Positions 48,650 to 58,126 of a stretch of 64,000 nt of DNA are shown piece by piece (the first letter of the stretch is position 1; each line of letters starts with the position of its first letter). The DNA is from an uncultured Clostridia bacterium (GTDB lineage: Bacteria; Bacillota; Clostridia; Christensenellales; UBA1242). Made by a program: the position numbers and the translations under genes. Under the pieces are notes generated by a model that worked only from the letters and a program-made list of their open reading frames with translations, searched no databases and was not told where the DNA came from. The stretch is from assembly GCA_944381145.1 (NCBI GenBank), contig CALWJZ010000003.1, forward strand, positions 6,616 through 70,615, given 5' to 3'.

Positions 48650-51484
48650 CTATTTGCTTTCTGTGAAATTATAAACCGTCAATATTTTTTCTTTTGAAAT
48701 TAATTTTCCTGTTCCTAATCTTGTATCCAAAGGCAAAGCATTGCTCAATATAAATGTTAATTTATTTTTATCGTTTTGAATAACATAATTCACTTTTGTA
48801 CTAAGCCTACTTACACATACAATTTTTGAATTTTTTGCTTTTGAATTTAATATATTAACACCCTTTCTATTTCGTTCACATTCTGGAATTTCGCTTTGTT
48901 TTATAATTTTGCCAAATCCATCAGACTGAAATATTGTAAATGCATCACTATTTGCAATTTGCATAGCATTTATGACATAATCTTGCTTATCTAAAGATAT
49001 TCCTTTGACTCCAGCACTTACTCTACCTGTAATGGATATATCAGAAGTATCCACTTTCACAGCATTGCCACAACTACTAAATAAACAAAGTTTTTTGTTT
49101 GGGTAATGTATGTCCACCATTAATAATTCATCATTTTTTGATAACTTAATAGCATTTATAACTTGTTTTGTAGCAAAGTACTCAGATACTTTAGATATTT
49201 TTATCATTCCATTTTTAGTAACAAAAATTAAATTATTATCTTTTACAGCATTGTCAAGTTCTATAGCACCAATAATTTTTTCATTCTTGTCAATATTTTT
49301 AACTAAACTAAATAGCGACACTCCTTTATCTCTGAATTTACACTCAGGAATATTTTTTATAGGCATTTTTACACAATTACCTACATTTGTAAATAAATAA
49401 ACTTCTTTGTTATTATCAATTTTAAAACTAAATTCAGGTACTTCGCTTAAAGTAGGATTACTACTTAATTCTTTGGCAACTAGTTTATAACTTTTTAAAT
49501 TAATAAGCTTTAAGCAATTATCAGGAGTTGTTATAAAATGATAAGTGGAAATATCTTCAGAAGTATCAATACTATCAAGGATACTGCTACTATCTTCAAA
49601 ATATTCATCAGCATCTAAAAATTTTGTTTTTCTAGGTTTAGCATATTGTTTTGAAATATCTTGAAGTTCAGATTTAACGACTTTCATTTGTAATGTTGGA
49701 CTTTTTAAAATTGCTGTATATCTCTTTATTAAGTCTCTTAATCTATTTAAATCTGTTATCAATTTATTTACTTCTAGATTTGTTAGTCTAGCAAGTCTCA
49801 TATCTAGTATAGCTTGAGCTTGAATTTCAGAAAGTTCAAAAGTCTTTATTAATGTAATTTTTGCATCTGTTACATTTTTGCTATTTTTAATAATTTTTAC
49901 AACTTCATCAATATTTCTAATAGCTATTAGTAAACCTTCAAGAATATGCTCTTTTTTCAAAGCTTCTTCCAAATCATAATTAGTTCTTCTTACAATAACT
50001 TGTTGTTGGTAATTAACATAATATTCAAGAATTTCTAACAAACTCATTTGCTTTGGTTTACCATCTGCTATGGCAACAATATTTGCATTAAAAGTAGTTT
50101 GAACATCACAATTTTTATAAAGTAAATTAAGTATCGAATTTATTTTTGCGTCTTTTTTTAATTTAATTACAGCTCTAGTTCCAAACCTATCAGATTCATC
50201 AACAATTTCTTGTATTCCACCTAACGCACTATTTGGATTTGCATCTCTTTGTTTAGCTATTTTTTGCAACATATTTGCTTTGTTAACTTGAAAAGGTATT
50301 TCAGTAATAACTATATTTTTTTTACCGTTTTCTGCATTTTCAATATTAATTTTTGATCTAATATAAATTTTTCCTTTCCCTGTAGAATACATTTGTTTAA
50401 TTTCTGAATTTGTTAAAATATATCCACCACTAGGAAAATCTGGAGCAGGCATTATTTTCATAAGTTCACTCAAGGTGATATTTCTATTATCAATATATGC
50501 TATTACTGCATTACATGCTTCAGCAAAATTATGAGTAGGAATATTTGTTGCCAATCCAACAGCAATTCCTTGACACCCATTAACCAATAAATTTGGAAAT
50601 CTACCTGGTAGCATGTTAGGTTCTTTTAATCTATCATCAAAATTCAAACCCCAAGTAACTGTATTTTTATCCAAATCTCTAAGTAGCTCCATTGCAACTG
50701 GTGTAAGTTTAGCTTCAGTATATCTCATAGCAGCAGCACTATCACCATCAACAGAACCAAAGTTTCCATGTCCATCTACAAGTGGCTCACCCATATTGAA
50801 AGGCTGGGCAAGACGAACTAAGGTCTCATAAATACTACTATCTCCATGAGGGTGATATTTACCCATACAATCACCAACAATAGTTGCGCATTTCTTATAA
50901 GGTCTGTCAGGCAATACACCAACTTCCAACATACTATATAAAACACGTCTTTGTACAGGTTTTAAACCATCTTCAACTCTCGGCAACGCCCTGTCCATTA
51001 TAACAAATTCACTATATGGAATCATGCTTTCATGAATAGTCTGAGACAAAGATTTGTTAACGTAATTTGTATTATAATCTTCTAAAGTAATTTCTCTTTT
51101 TTGTCGTTTTCTACTTTGAATTTTCGGCTTTTCTTCAGAAGAATTTTCACTTTGCATAGTATCAACCAATTCAATACTAGATTTGTTTTCTTCAGGATTA
51201 TTGTCTTCATCAATAAAATCATTTTTAGCATTAGATTTTGATTCTTTGCTTAAAGATTTTTTAACTTCATTTTTATCATTTTTATCAATTTTATCAGTTT
51301 TATCAGGTATAAGATTTTCTGATTTTAAATTTTTCTTTTCATTATTGTTTTCATTATTAATATTTTTCTCTGTATTATTTTGATTTTTATTAATATTCAA
51401 AATATCTTTTTTTACACTGCCTTTTCTTTTTGAAGTAGAAGATGTTGATACATATTTATCGAAAAAATCGTCATCTTTAGCCAT
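48650..51484 (-). CDS. parC: type IIA topoisomerase subunit A, ParC-like (no GyrA box), with a ~130-aa low-complexity N-terminal extension
   Basis: RALPRVEDGLKPVQRRVLYSM and active-site AAMRYTEAKL. I found no QRRGGKG-like GyrA box at the start of the C-terminal domain. The ATG overlaps the subunit-B stop (TAATG). Confidence 0.65.
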   Translation of the reverse strand: MAKDDDFFDKYVSTSSTSKRKGSVKKDILNINKNQNNTEKNINNENNNEKKNLKSENLIPDKTDKIDKNDKNEVKKSLSKESKSNAKNDFIDEDNNPEENKSSIELVDTMQSENSSEEKPKIQSRKRQKREITLEDYNTNYVNKSLSQTIHESMIPYSEFVIMDRALPRVEDGLKPVQRRVLYSMLEVGVLPDRPYKKCATIVGDCMGKYHPHGDSSIYETLVRLAQPFNMGEPLVDGHGNFGSVDGDSAAAMRYTEAKLTPVAMELLRDLDKNTVTWGLNFDDRLKEPNMLPGRFPNLLVNGCQGIAVGLATNIPTHNFAEACNAVIAYIDNRNITLSELMKIMPAPDFPSGGYILTNSEIKQMYSTGKGKIYIRSKINIENAENGKKNIVITEIPFQVNKANMLQKIAKQRDANPNSALGGIQEIVDESDRFGTRAVIKLKKDAKINSILNLLYKNCDVQTTFNANIVAIADGKPKQMSLLEILEYYVNYQQQVIVRRTNYDLEEALKKEHILEGLLIAIRNIDEVVKIIKNSKNVTDAKITLIKTFELSEIQAQAILDMRLARLTNLEVNKLITDLNRLRDLIKRYTAILKSPTLQMKVVKSELQDISKQYAKPRKTKFLDADEYFEDSSSILDSIDTSEDISTYHFITTPDNCLKLINLKSYKLVAKELSSNPTLSEVPEFSFKIDNNKEVYLFTNVGNCVKMPIKNIPECKFRDKGVSLFSLVKNIDKNEKIIGAIELDNAVKDNNLIFVTKNGMIKISKVSEYFATKQVINAIKLSKNDELLMVDIHYPNKKLCLFSSCGNAVKVDTSDISITGRVSAGVKGISLDKQDYVINAMQIANSDAFTIFQSDGFGKIIKQSEIPECERNRKGVNILNSKAKNSKIVCVSRLSTKVNYVIQNDKNKLTFILSNALPLDTRLGTGKLISKEKILTVYNFTESK
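51271..51306 (-). repeat. 4 x 9-nt in-frame tandem repeat inside the ParC N-terminal extension
   Basis: TTTTATCAT TTTTATCAA TTTTATCAG TTTTATCAG on the plus strand. Encodes the DKTDKIDKNDKN stretch. Confidence 0.8.
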
Positions 51485-53445
51485 TATTTCACACTCCTAC
51501 TTTCAAATTTGTCAACTTTATTAAAATTTGCATTTGCTATTATATATTTTTTTCTTGCTTCAACATTATCACCCATTAGAGTTGAAATCATTTCTTCAGC
51601 ATCAGCAGCATCATCAATACTAATTTTTACCAAAACCCTTTTTGCTGGATTCATTGTAGTTTCCCAAAGCTGTTCTGCGGACATCTCTCCTAATCCTTTG
51701 AATCGTGTAACATTATATCCACTACCAGCCTCTTTTACTATTTCATCATAATCAGCTTCATCATATACAAATTTTTCAAAGCCTTTTTTATAAATTTTAT
51801 ATAATGGTGCTATAGCACAGTAAACATGTCCTGTATTGATAAGTTCTCTCATATATCTATAGAAAAATGTCAAAAGAATAGCTCTAATATGTGCTCCATC
51901 TTGATCAGCATCAGCCATAATTATGACTTTGTTATATTTTAAATGTTCTATATTAAAGTCACTTCCTATTCCTGTTCCAACAGCAGAAATAATAGTTCTT
52001 ATTTCTTCATTATCCAAAATTTGAGATAATCTTTTTTTCTCGACGTTTAATGGTTTTCCCTTTAGAGGCAAAATTGCTTGAAAAGATCTATCTCTCGCCA
52101 TTTTGGCACTACCACCAGCACTATCACCTTCTACAATAAATACTTCATTTAACAACGGATTTTTACCAGAACAATTGGAAAGTTTGCCAACTAAAGAATA
52201 AGTATCTACGCTATTTTTTTGTCTTGCAATTTCTTTTGCCTTTCTTGAAGCATCTCTTACTTTGGCTGCGCCCTTTGCTTTGTTAATTATATCAATTAAT
52301 ATTTGTTTACTACTTGTCTGATTCGCAAAATTAATCAAACCATCATAAATAATATTTTCAACTTCAACTTTTGCTTCAGGATTACCCAACTTTGTTTTTG
52401 TTTGTCCTTCAAACTGAACATTTTTCATCTTTATTGAAAGAATGGCAGTAATACCTTCTCTATAATCTTCTCCCAGTAAATTTTGTTCTTTATCTTTTAG
52501 TAATCCCATATTTCGAGCAATTTCATTGAAAGCCTTAGTCAATCCACTTTTCAAACCAGTTTCATGCATACCCCCTTCAGGAGTAGGAATATTATTTACA
52601 TAACTAAAAATGTTTTCAGAATATAAGTCTACATGTTGTATTACGCAAGATAATTCAAGAACATTAGTTTTAGCCTCGATATAAATAGGTTCTTTATACA
52701 AAACTGAATTTTTTTCATTCAAAAAATTAATAAACTCTTTTAAACCATTTGTATATTTATACACTCGTTTTCTATCGCCCAATTCTTCAATTTGGTTTTC
52801 ATCTATAAGCTCAATAGTAATACCTTTATTTAAAAATGCAAGCTCCCTAACCCTTTTTGCAATAGTTTCTCTGTCAAAAACACAATCTTTAAAAATTCTA
52901 TGATCTGGTTTGAAAGTAACAGTTGTACCGGTTTCGTTAGTAGGTCCCAAACATTTCAACGGAGCAACAGGAACTCCTCCAGATATTTTATCTTTGGATT
53001 TTTTAACAGCTCTAAATTCCATAAAATATCTTTGTCCATCATTGCACACTTCTACTTTTAGCCATTCAGACAAGGCATTTGTAACACTTGCGCCAACTCC
53101 ATGCAATCCTCCAGAGTAAGAATAATTAGAATTATTAAATTTGCCACCAGCATGTAATTGTGTAAAAACCACCTGAACTCCACTTACTTTTAATGTTGGA
53201 TGCTTATCAACAGGAATTCCTCTACCATTATCTTTTACAGTAATGCTATTATCTGTATGCATAATAATTGTAATCTTATCTCCATAACCATTAGCAACTT
53301 CATCAACAGAATTATCAACAATTTCCCATAACAAATGATGCATTCCCTTAATACCTGTGGTTCCAATGTACATTCCCGGTCTTAATCTAACAGCATCTAA
53401 ACCTTGCAATACTACAATATCTTTACTTTTATAATTTTCTGACAA
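51484..53445 (-). CDS. parE: type IIA topoisomerase subunit B (ParE-like by pairing; GyrB not excluded)
   Basis: EIVDNSVDE, DNGRGIPVD, TOPRIM VEGDSAGGSA, PLKGKPLNVE, DADQDGAHI. Confidence 0.65.
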   Translation of the reverse strand: MSENYKSKDIVVLQGLDAVRLRPGMYIGTTGIKGMHHLLWEIVDNSVDEVANGYGDKITIIMHTDNSITVKDNGRGIPVDKHPTLKVSGVQVVFTQLHAGGKFNNSNYSYSGGLHGVGASVTNALSEWLKVEVCNDGQRYFMEFRAVKKSKDKISGGVPVAPLKCLGPTNETGTTVTFKPDHRIFKDCVFDRETIAKRVRELAFLNKGITIELIDENQIEELGDRKRVYKYTNGLKEFINFLNEKNSVLYKEPIYIEAKTNVLELSCVIQHVDLYSENIFSYVNNIPTPEGGMHETGLKSGLTKAFNEIARNMGLLKDKEQNLLGEDYREGITAILSIKMKNVQFEGQTKTKLGNPEAKVEVENIIYDGLINFANQTSSKQILIDIINKAKGAAKVRDASRKAKEIARQKNSVDTYSLVGKLSNCSGKNPLLNEVFIVEGDSAGGSAKMARDRSFQAILPLKGKPLNVEKKRLSQILDNEEIRTIISAVGTGIGSDFNIEHLKYNKVIIMADADQDGAHIRAILLTFFYRYMRELINTGHVYCAIAPLYKIYKKGFEKFVYDEADYDEIVKEAGSGYNVTRFKGLGEMSAEQLWETTMNPAKRVLVKISIDDAADAEEMISTLMGDNVEARKKYIIANANFNKVDKFESRSVK

Positions 53446-53651
53446 GTTTTATCTCCTTGATTAATATTTCACTACAAATTTGATTATATCACAAAAAAAG
53501 CCAAAAAACAATTAATTTCTAAATTTATTAAAATTATACAAAACACTAAAAACTATTTTATTTTTATACACTTTTTGTTATATATATTCATATTTTAAAA
53601 TAATACATATTATGACAAAATTCGTCATAGAATAAAAGTATAGGAGTTATT

Positions 53652-54704
53652 ATGAAAAATATTGTTTTTACTGGTGGTGGAACTGCAGGACACATCATGC
53701 CCAATATAGCAATTATAGAACAATTAAATAATTATAATGTATATTATTTAGGCTCAAACGGAATGGAAAAAAATATTTTGAAAAATTATCCTAAAATTAA
53801 ATACATAGAAATACCTGCTGTTAAATTTATTAGAAGTTTCACATTAAAAAATTTATTAATCCCCTTTAAGTTAATAAAAAATATAAACATATGCAAAAAG
53901 ATTTTAAATGAATTAAAACCTTGTGTAATATTTTCAAAAGGAGGATATGTTTCAATTCCAGTGTGCATAGCAGGTTCAAAATTACATATTCCTACACTTA
54001 CACATGAAAGCGATTATACCATAGGACTTGCCAATAAAATAATTGCAAAAAAATCAAAATATCTTTGTTGTAGCTTTGAAGAAACAGCAAATAGATATAA
54101 AAAAAATAGCATTTACACGGGTTCTCCGATTAGACAAAATATTTTTGAAGGAAAAAAAGACATTATTATTAACAGACACAAAATAAATACAAATCACCCA
54201 ATAATTTTGATAGTTGGAGGAAGTCTAGGAGCACAAAGTATTAATGAAATCATTTGGAATAACATTAATATATTATCAAAAAATTATTGTATAATTCATA
54301 TCGTGGGAAAAGGTAATATCAAAAAAAATTTATTAAACATAAATAATTATATCCAAATTGAATTTGCAACCGATATAAATAATTATTTTGATGCTTCCGA
54401 TTTAGTTATTTCTAGAGCAGGTAGCAATACAATATTTGAATTACTTGCATTAGTTAAACCAATGATTTTGATTCCATTATCAAAATCATCTAGCAGAGGC
54501 GACCAAATAATTAATGCTGAGATTTTTAGAGAAAAAGGCTTTGCAAATATTATTTATCAAGAAGAACTTACTTTTTATAAACTAATGCAATCTATAAAAT
54601 ATACATTAGAAAATAAACTATATTTTGAAAAAAACATGAAATCAGCAAAAATACCAAACGGAAACAAAAAAATCATTGAATTGATTAACAGCAATGCAAA
54701 GTAG
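53652..54704 (+). CDS. murG: UDP-N-acetylglucosamine--N-acetylmuramyl-(pentapeptide) pyrophosphoryl-undecaprenol GlcNAc transferase
   Basis: GGGTAGHIMP, GGSLGA, SRAGSNTIFELL. TAGGAG SD upstream. Confidence 0.9.
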   Translation: MKNIVFTGGGTAGHIMPNIAIIEQLNNYNVYYLGSNGMEKNILKNYPKIKYIEIPAVKFIRSFTLKNLLIPFKLIKNINICKKILNELKPCVIFSKGGYVSIPVCIAGSKLHIPTLTHESDYTIGLANKIIAKKSKYLCCSFEETANRYKKNSIYTGSPIRQNIFEGKKDIIINRHKINTNHPIILIVGGSLGAQSINEIIWNNINILSKNYCIIHIVGKGNIKKNLLNINNYIQIEFATDINNYFDASDLVISRAGSNTIFELLALVKPMILIPLSKSSSRGDQIINAEIFREKGFANIIYQEELTFYKLMQSIKYTLENKLYFEKNMKSAKIPNGNKKIIELINSNAK

Positions 54705-54866
54705 TTATATTTATTAAATTTTTTGCATAATTATAATTAATTTATATTATAGTAATCATGATTAAATAAATGTTGAAAGTTTATTTTAATTAAAAATAGA
54801 AAACTATAATAACACACTCAATTATAAAAAAATCATAAATAAAATTTAATTTTTTTAAAAAATATC

Positions 54867-54895
54867 TTGACATCAAACAAAGATACTGCAATAAT
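54867..54895 (+). promoter_or_regulatory. sigma-A-type promoter of the leader-ABC exporter unit
   Basis: TTGACA (54867-72), 17 nt, AATAAT (54890-95) preceded by TGC (extended -10). Confidence 0.65.
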
Positions 54896-54961
54896 AATCA
54901 TGTAGATCAACTTTTAATCATAAAAACAAAAAAAATAAAAATAAAAGGAGGACTATTCAAA

Positions 54962-55033
54962 ATGGTTAAATTCGCAAAGATTCTACAACTAAATATAGAA
55001 AATTGCCATACGAATGGTTCTTTTTTGATATAA
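54962..55033 (+). CDS. 23-codon leader peptide ORF (MVKFAKILQLNIENCHTNGSFLI)
   Basis: GGAGG (54947-51) lies 10 nt before the ATG. Its codons 16-20 form one arm of an antiterminator. Below the ORF-track size cut-off. Confidence 0.55.
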   Translation: MVKFAKILQLNIENCHTNGSFLI

Positions 55034-55060
55034 TAATACTATAAATATTTTAGTATAAAA

Positions 55061-55099
55061 AACCTTCGTATGCAAAAAAAATTATACGGAGGTTTTTTT
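55061..55099 (+). promoter_or_regulatory. terminator / SD-sequestering hairpin of a leader-peptide attenuator
   Basis: AACCTTCGTAT (55061-71) pairs with ATACGGAGGTT (55084-94): 11 bp including one G.U. U-run to 55099. The 3' arm contains the exporter SD GGAGG (55088-92). Alternative pairing of 55061-72 with 55007-19: 12 bp with a 1-nt bulge. Confidence 0.6.
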
Positions 55100-56908
55100 A
55101 TGTTTAAAAATAAAAAACAATCAATATCACTTTCACAATATTTATCAAAATATAAATTTGGTATTTCAATGTATATTCTTGTTTATCTCATTGCAGGAGC
55201 TGGCATAATACTTCAAACCATCTTATTTGCAAAGGTAATAGAAAATATAACTTTGTCTTTATTTAAAAACTCTATAATATTATTACTCATAATATCTGGA
55301 ATTGTTTTAACAAAAAGAATTTGTTGGTATTTATCAGGAGTTTTATATCAAAAATATGCAAATAAAATAATGGCAGATTTAAATTTAGATTTAGCAAAAC
55401 AAGCATTTAAATTAAATTCAAAAACTTATGCTGACCACGAAACTGGAAAGTTTGTTCAAAGAATAGTAACTGATCCTGAAAATGTGGTTAGAAGCTTAGC
55501 AGACTTAGTGGACTTAATAACCGATTGTGTAACATCTTTTGTAATGATTATTTACATTGCCACTTTAAATATTTTTATATCTATCGCAATTATTTGTATC
55601 ATAGTCTTTTGTATGATAATTGAAAACATAAGAAGAAAAAGAAATAGAAAAAACAAATTTATCATGCGAAGAAAAAACGATAAAATTTATTCTTTAACTA
55701 CTGAAATAGTTAGAAGCGAAAAAGATATAAAATCTCTTGGTTTAGAAGAAAAATTAAGTGAAATTTCAAAAAATTATTATAATGAATACAAAAAAGCATC
55801 TTACAACTATGAAATTAAAGATATGAATTTATGGTCACTAAGAAATGTAATTATTGAAATATTCGGGATTTTATTATTAATATTCGGAGTGTATTTAATT
55901 GATATATCAATTTTAACACTAGCTTCATTTATGATTGTATATTCTAATAATGGAAGTTTATCCTCTTTTGTTTGGTGTATTGGCAAAATTATGGATATAT
56001 TTTTGGAAATAAAAGTTTGCACTGATAGAATGTTTTCATTATTTGACAACAAAGAATTTGTATGCGAAAAATTTGGCAATTTACATATAGATGAAGTAAA
56101 AGGAAAAATTGAATTCAAAAATGTTTCATATTCATTTATTGAGTATGAAGAACAAAATGATGATAATTTTTTATCAAAAAAAGAATTAAAGGCTAAAAAA
56201 AATAAAAAACGAAAAATTGAAAATGTAAATCAAATATTTAATAATTTATCTTTTAAAATTGAACCTAACACTACAGTTGCTTTTGTTGGAAAATCCGGTT
56301 CTGGAAAATCAACAATTTTAAATTTAATGTCCAAAATGTATGAAGTAGATAGCGGAGAAGTTTTGATAGATGGAGTCAATATTAATGATTTAGATAAAGA
56401 TACATTAAGAAATTCAATATCACTTGTAAGTCAATTCCCCTACATTTTCGATATGACAATAAAAGAAAATTTATTACTTACAAAAAAAGATGCGACAGAA
56501 GAAGAACTACAAAGTGCAATTGAAAGAGCATCATTAAAAGATTTTGTTGCTACTTTAAAAAAAGGCATTAATACTAAAGTTGGAGAAAGTGGCATAAAGC
56601 TTTCTGGAGGACAAAAGCAAAGATTAGCAATTGCAAGAGCACTTCTAAGAAACTCACCAATTATAATTTTCGATGAAAGCACAAGTTCTTTGGATAACTT
56701 TGCTCAAGAGGACATAAAAAGATCTATTGACAAACTAAAAGGCAAAAGTACAATTGTTATAGTTGCACATAGATTATCCACAATAAAAAATGTTGACAAA
56801 ATTTTCTTTTTGGACAATGGGAAAATTGAAGATATTGGAACATTTGATGAACTTTTTGAACACAATATTAAATTTAAAAATATGTTTTATGCTGAAAATA
56901 TAAAATAA
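55100..56908 (+). CDS. ABC exporter, fused permease/ATPase (MsbA/LmrA/BmrA-like)
   Basis: Six-TM domain plus NBD: GKSGSGKST, LSGGQKQRLAIARAL, IIFDESTSSLD, VAHRL. Started at ATG 55100 (GGAGG 7 nt upstream). The track ATG 55070 lies in the hairpin loop with no SD. Confidence 0.9.
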   Translation: MFKNKKQSISLSQYLSKYKFGISMYILVYLIAGAGIILQTILFAKVIENITLSLFKNSIILLLIISGIVLTKRICWYLSGVLYQKYANKIMADLNLDLAKQAFKLNSKTYADHETGKFVQRIVTDPENVVRSLADLVDLITDCVTSFVMIIYIATLNIFISIAIICIIVFCMIIENIRRKRNRKNKFIMRRKNDKIYSLTTEIVRSEKDIKSLGLEEKLSEISKNYYNEYKKASYNYEIKDMNLWSLRNVIIEIFGILLLIFGVYLIDISILTLASFMIVYSNNGSLSSFVWCIGKIMDIFLEIKVCTDRMFSLFDNKEFVCEKFGNLHIDEVKGKIEFKNVSYSFIEYEEQNDDNFLSKKELKAKKNKKRKIENVNQIFNNLSFKIEPNTTVAFVGKSGSGKSTILNLMSKMYEVDSGEVLIDGVNINDLDKDTLRNSISLVSQFPYIFDMTIKENLLLTKKDATEEELQSAIERASLKDFVATLKKGINTKVGESGIKLSGGQKQRLAIARALLRNSPIIIFDESTSSLDNFAQEDIKRSIDKLKGKSTIVIVAHRLSTIKNVDKIFFLDNGKIEDIGTFDELFEHNIKFKNMFYAENIK

Positions 56909-56910
56909 AA

Positions 56911-56970
56911 GAAGAGCAATATTTTACTGAAGTAACTACTAAATGAGTTATATTCAGAAATATGCTCTTT
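56911..56970. terminator. long bidirectional hairpin terminator between the ABC exporter gene and ddl
   Basis: AAGAGCA(A)TATTT / AAATATGCTCTT outer stem, continued by CTGAA.TAACT / AGTTA..TTCAG inner stem. T-rich on both flanks. Confidence 0.65.
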
Positions 56971-56988
56971 TTTATAAATTAATTAATT

Positions 56989-58113
56989 TTATTTGTTAAA
57001 TCCATTAAACCCTTGTAAAAGAACTTCACTATGAAAAGTTTTGATAGAAGTTTTACTTTTTTCAAATCTAAGTAGAGCATTTGCAATCATTTCATCTATA
57101 AATTTTGTGTATGATAACTTATTTTTAAATAAATAATTAGCCATTGAACCAGGTATAGTATTAACTTCATTAACATATACACTATTGTCTTCCAAAACTA
57201 AAAAATCAAAACGAACAACTCCAAACATATTTAATAAATAATATAGTTTTTTTGCTATATTTTTTATTTTAGCATCAACTTCATTAGATATTTTAGCTGG
57301 TGTTATCCTTTTTATAGATTCAAATCCTTCTCCATTTTGACTATATTTATCATTAAAATTCAACAATTCATTTTTGGTCACAGGTTCCTCAGTATCTGAA
57401 AATATAAGTTCCCCCTTGTCATAAAAACAAGCAATGTTTACTTCTTTTTTATTTTCTATATATTTTTCAACAATAATTCTACTATCATATTCAAAAGTTT
57501 CTTTTAATATTTCTTCAAATTTTTCTGCCTCTTTGCATATTTGTATACCTATACTACTTCCCTGTCTTGAAGGTTTAATTATTACAGGCAATCCAATATT
57601 ATTTAGTTTAGAAATATATACATCTTTTGAATTATAAAAATCATCTTGTATTATTTCAAAACTATCCACACGTTTAATGTTTGCACCTTTGCAAACATAA
57701 TCGAATAAAATTTTATCCATACATATAGCACTTGCCAATAAAGAAGAATTAATATAAGGTATTTTGCTTAATTCTAAAATACTTGCAACACTACCATCTT
57801 CTCCATTAATACCATGTAGGCATAGTATCGCAACATCAATATCAATATATTTTTTTGCTTTATTTTTTTTAAAAACAAATAAACTCGAATTATTCGGCAC
57901 CAAACCGACTTTAAAAGTTTTTCCTAAATTTTCAGGAAAATTATCAATATCTTTTAAATTTTTACCTATCTGCCATGTCCCACTTTTATCTATGTAAATA
58001 GGAATAATATTGTATAAATATTCATTAGCTTTTGATATTAATTGCTGTGCAGTAATTATAGAAATATCATGTTCACAACTTTCACCACCAAAAATAACAG
58101 CTAAATTTATCAT
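56989..58113 (-). CDS. ddl: D-alanine--D-alanine ligase
   Basis: AVIFGGESCEHDISI and an ATP-grasp core. GGGGAGG lies 4 nt before ATG 58113. The track start 58152 would overlap murF. Confidence 0.9.
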   Translation of the reverse strand: MINLAVIFGGESCEHDISIITAQQLISKANEYLYNIIPIYIDKSGTWQIGKNLKDIDNFPENLGKTFKVGLVPNNSSLFVFKKNKAKKYIDIDVAILCLHGINGEDGSVASILELSKIPYINSSLLASAICMDKILFDYVCKGANIKRVDSFEIIQDDFYNSKDVYISKLNNIGLPVIIKPSRQGSSIGIQICKEAEKFEEILKETFEYDSRIIVEKYIENKKEVNIACFYDKGELIFSDTEEPVTKNELLNFNDKYSQNGEGFESIKRITPAKISNEVDAKIKNIAKKLYYLLNMFGVVRFDFLVLEDNSVYVNEVNTIPGSMANYLFKNKLSYTKFIDEMIANALLRFEKSKTSIKTFHSEVLLQGFNGFNK

Positions 58114-58126
58114 AAAACCTCCCCTT

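Noticed and set aside
48650-53445. Calling the topoisomerase pair gyrB-gyrA.
   Set aside because: The A subunit lacks a recognisable GyrA box at the start of its C-terminal domain, and the locus is not near dnaA/dnaN/recF. A ParE/ParC-like assignment is preferred, but without phylogeny the call remains tentative.
54962-55033. Reading the 23-aa peptide upstream of the ABC exporter gene as a bacteriocin, RiPP or pheromone precursor.
   Set aside because: There is no double-glycine leader, no C39 peptidase domain on the transporter, and no modification or immunity genes nearby. The RNA pairings fit a regulatory leader better.
55070-55099. Upstream in-frame start extensions offered by the ORF track. 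Cases: ABC exporter 55070, rpoZ 4349, HIT 10081, rsmE 12125, PHP 17838, lepA 20810, ddl 58152, coiled-coil ORF 32824.
   Set aside because: In each case a good SD sits inside the extension at proper spacing from a downstream ATG that yields the family-typical N-terminus. Several extensions use TTG/GTG or overlap the previous gene.
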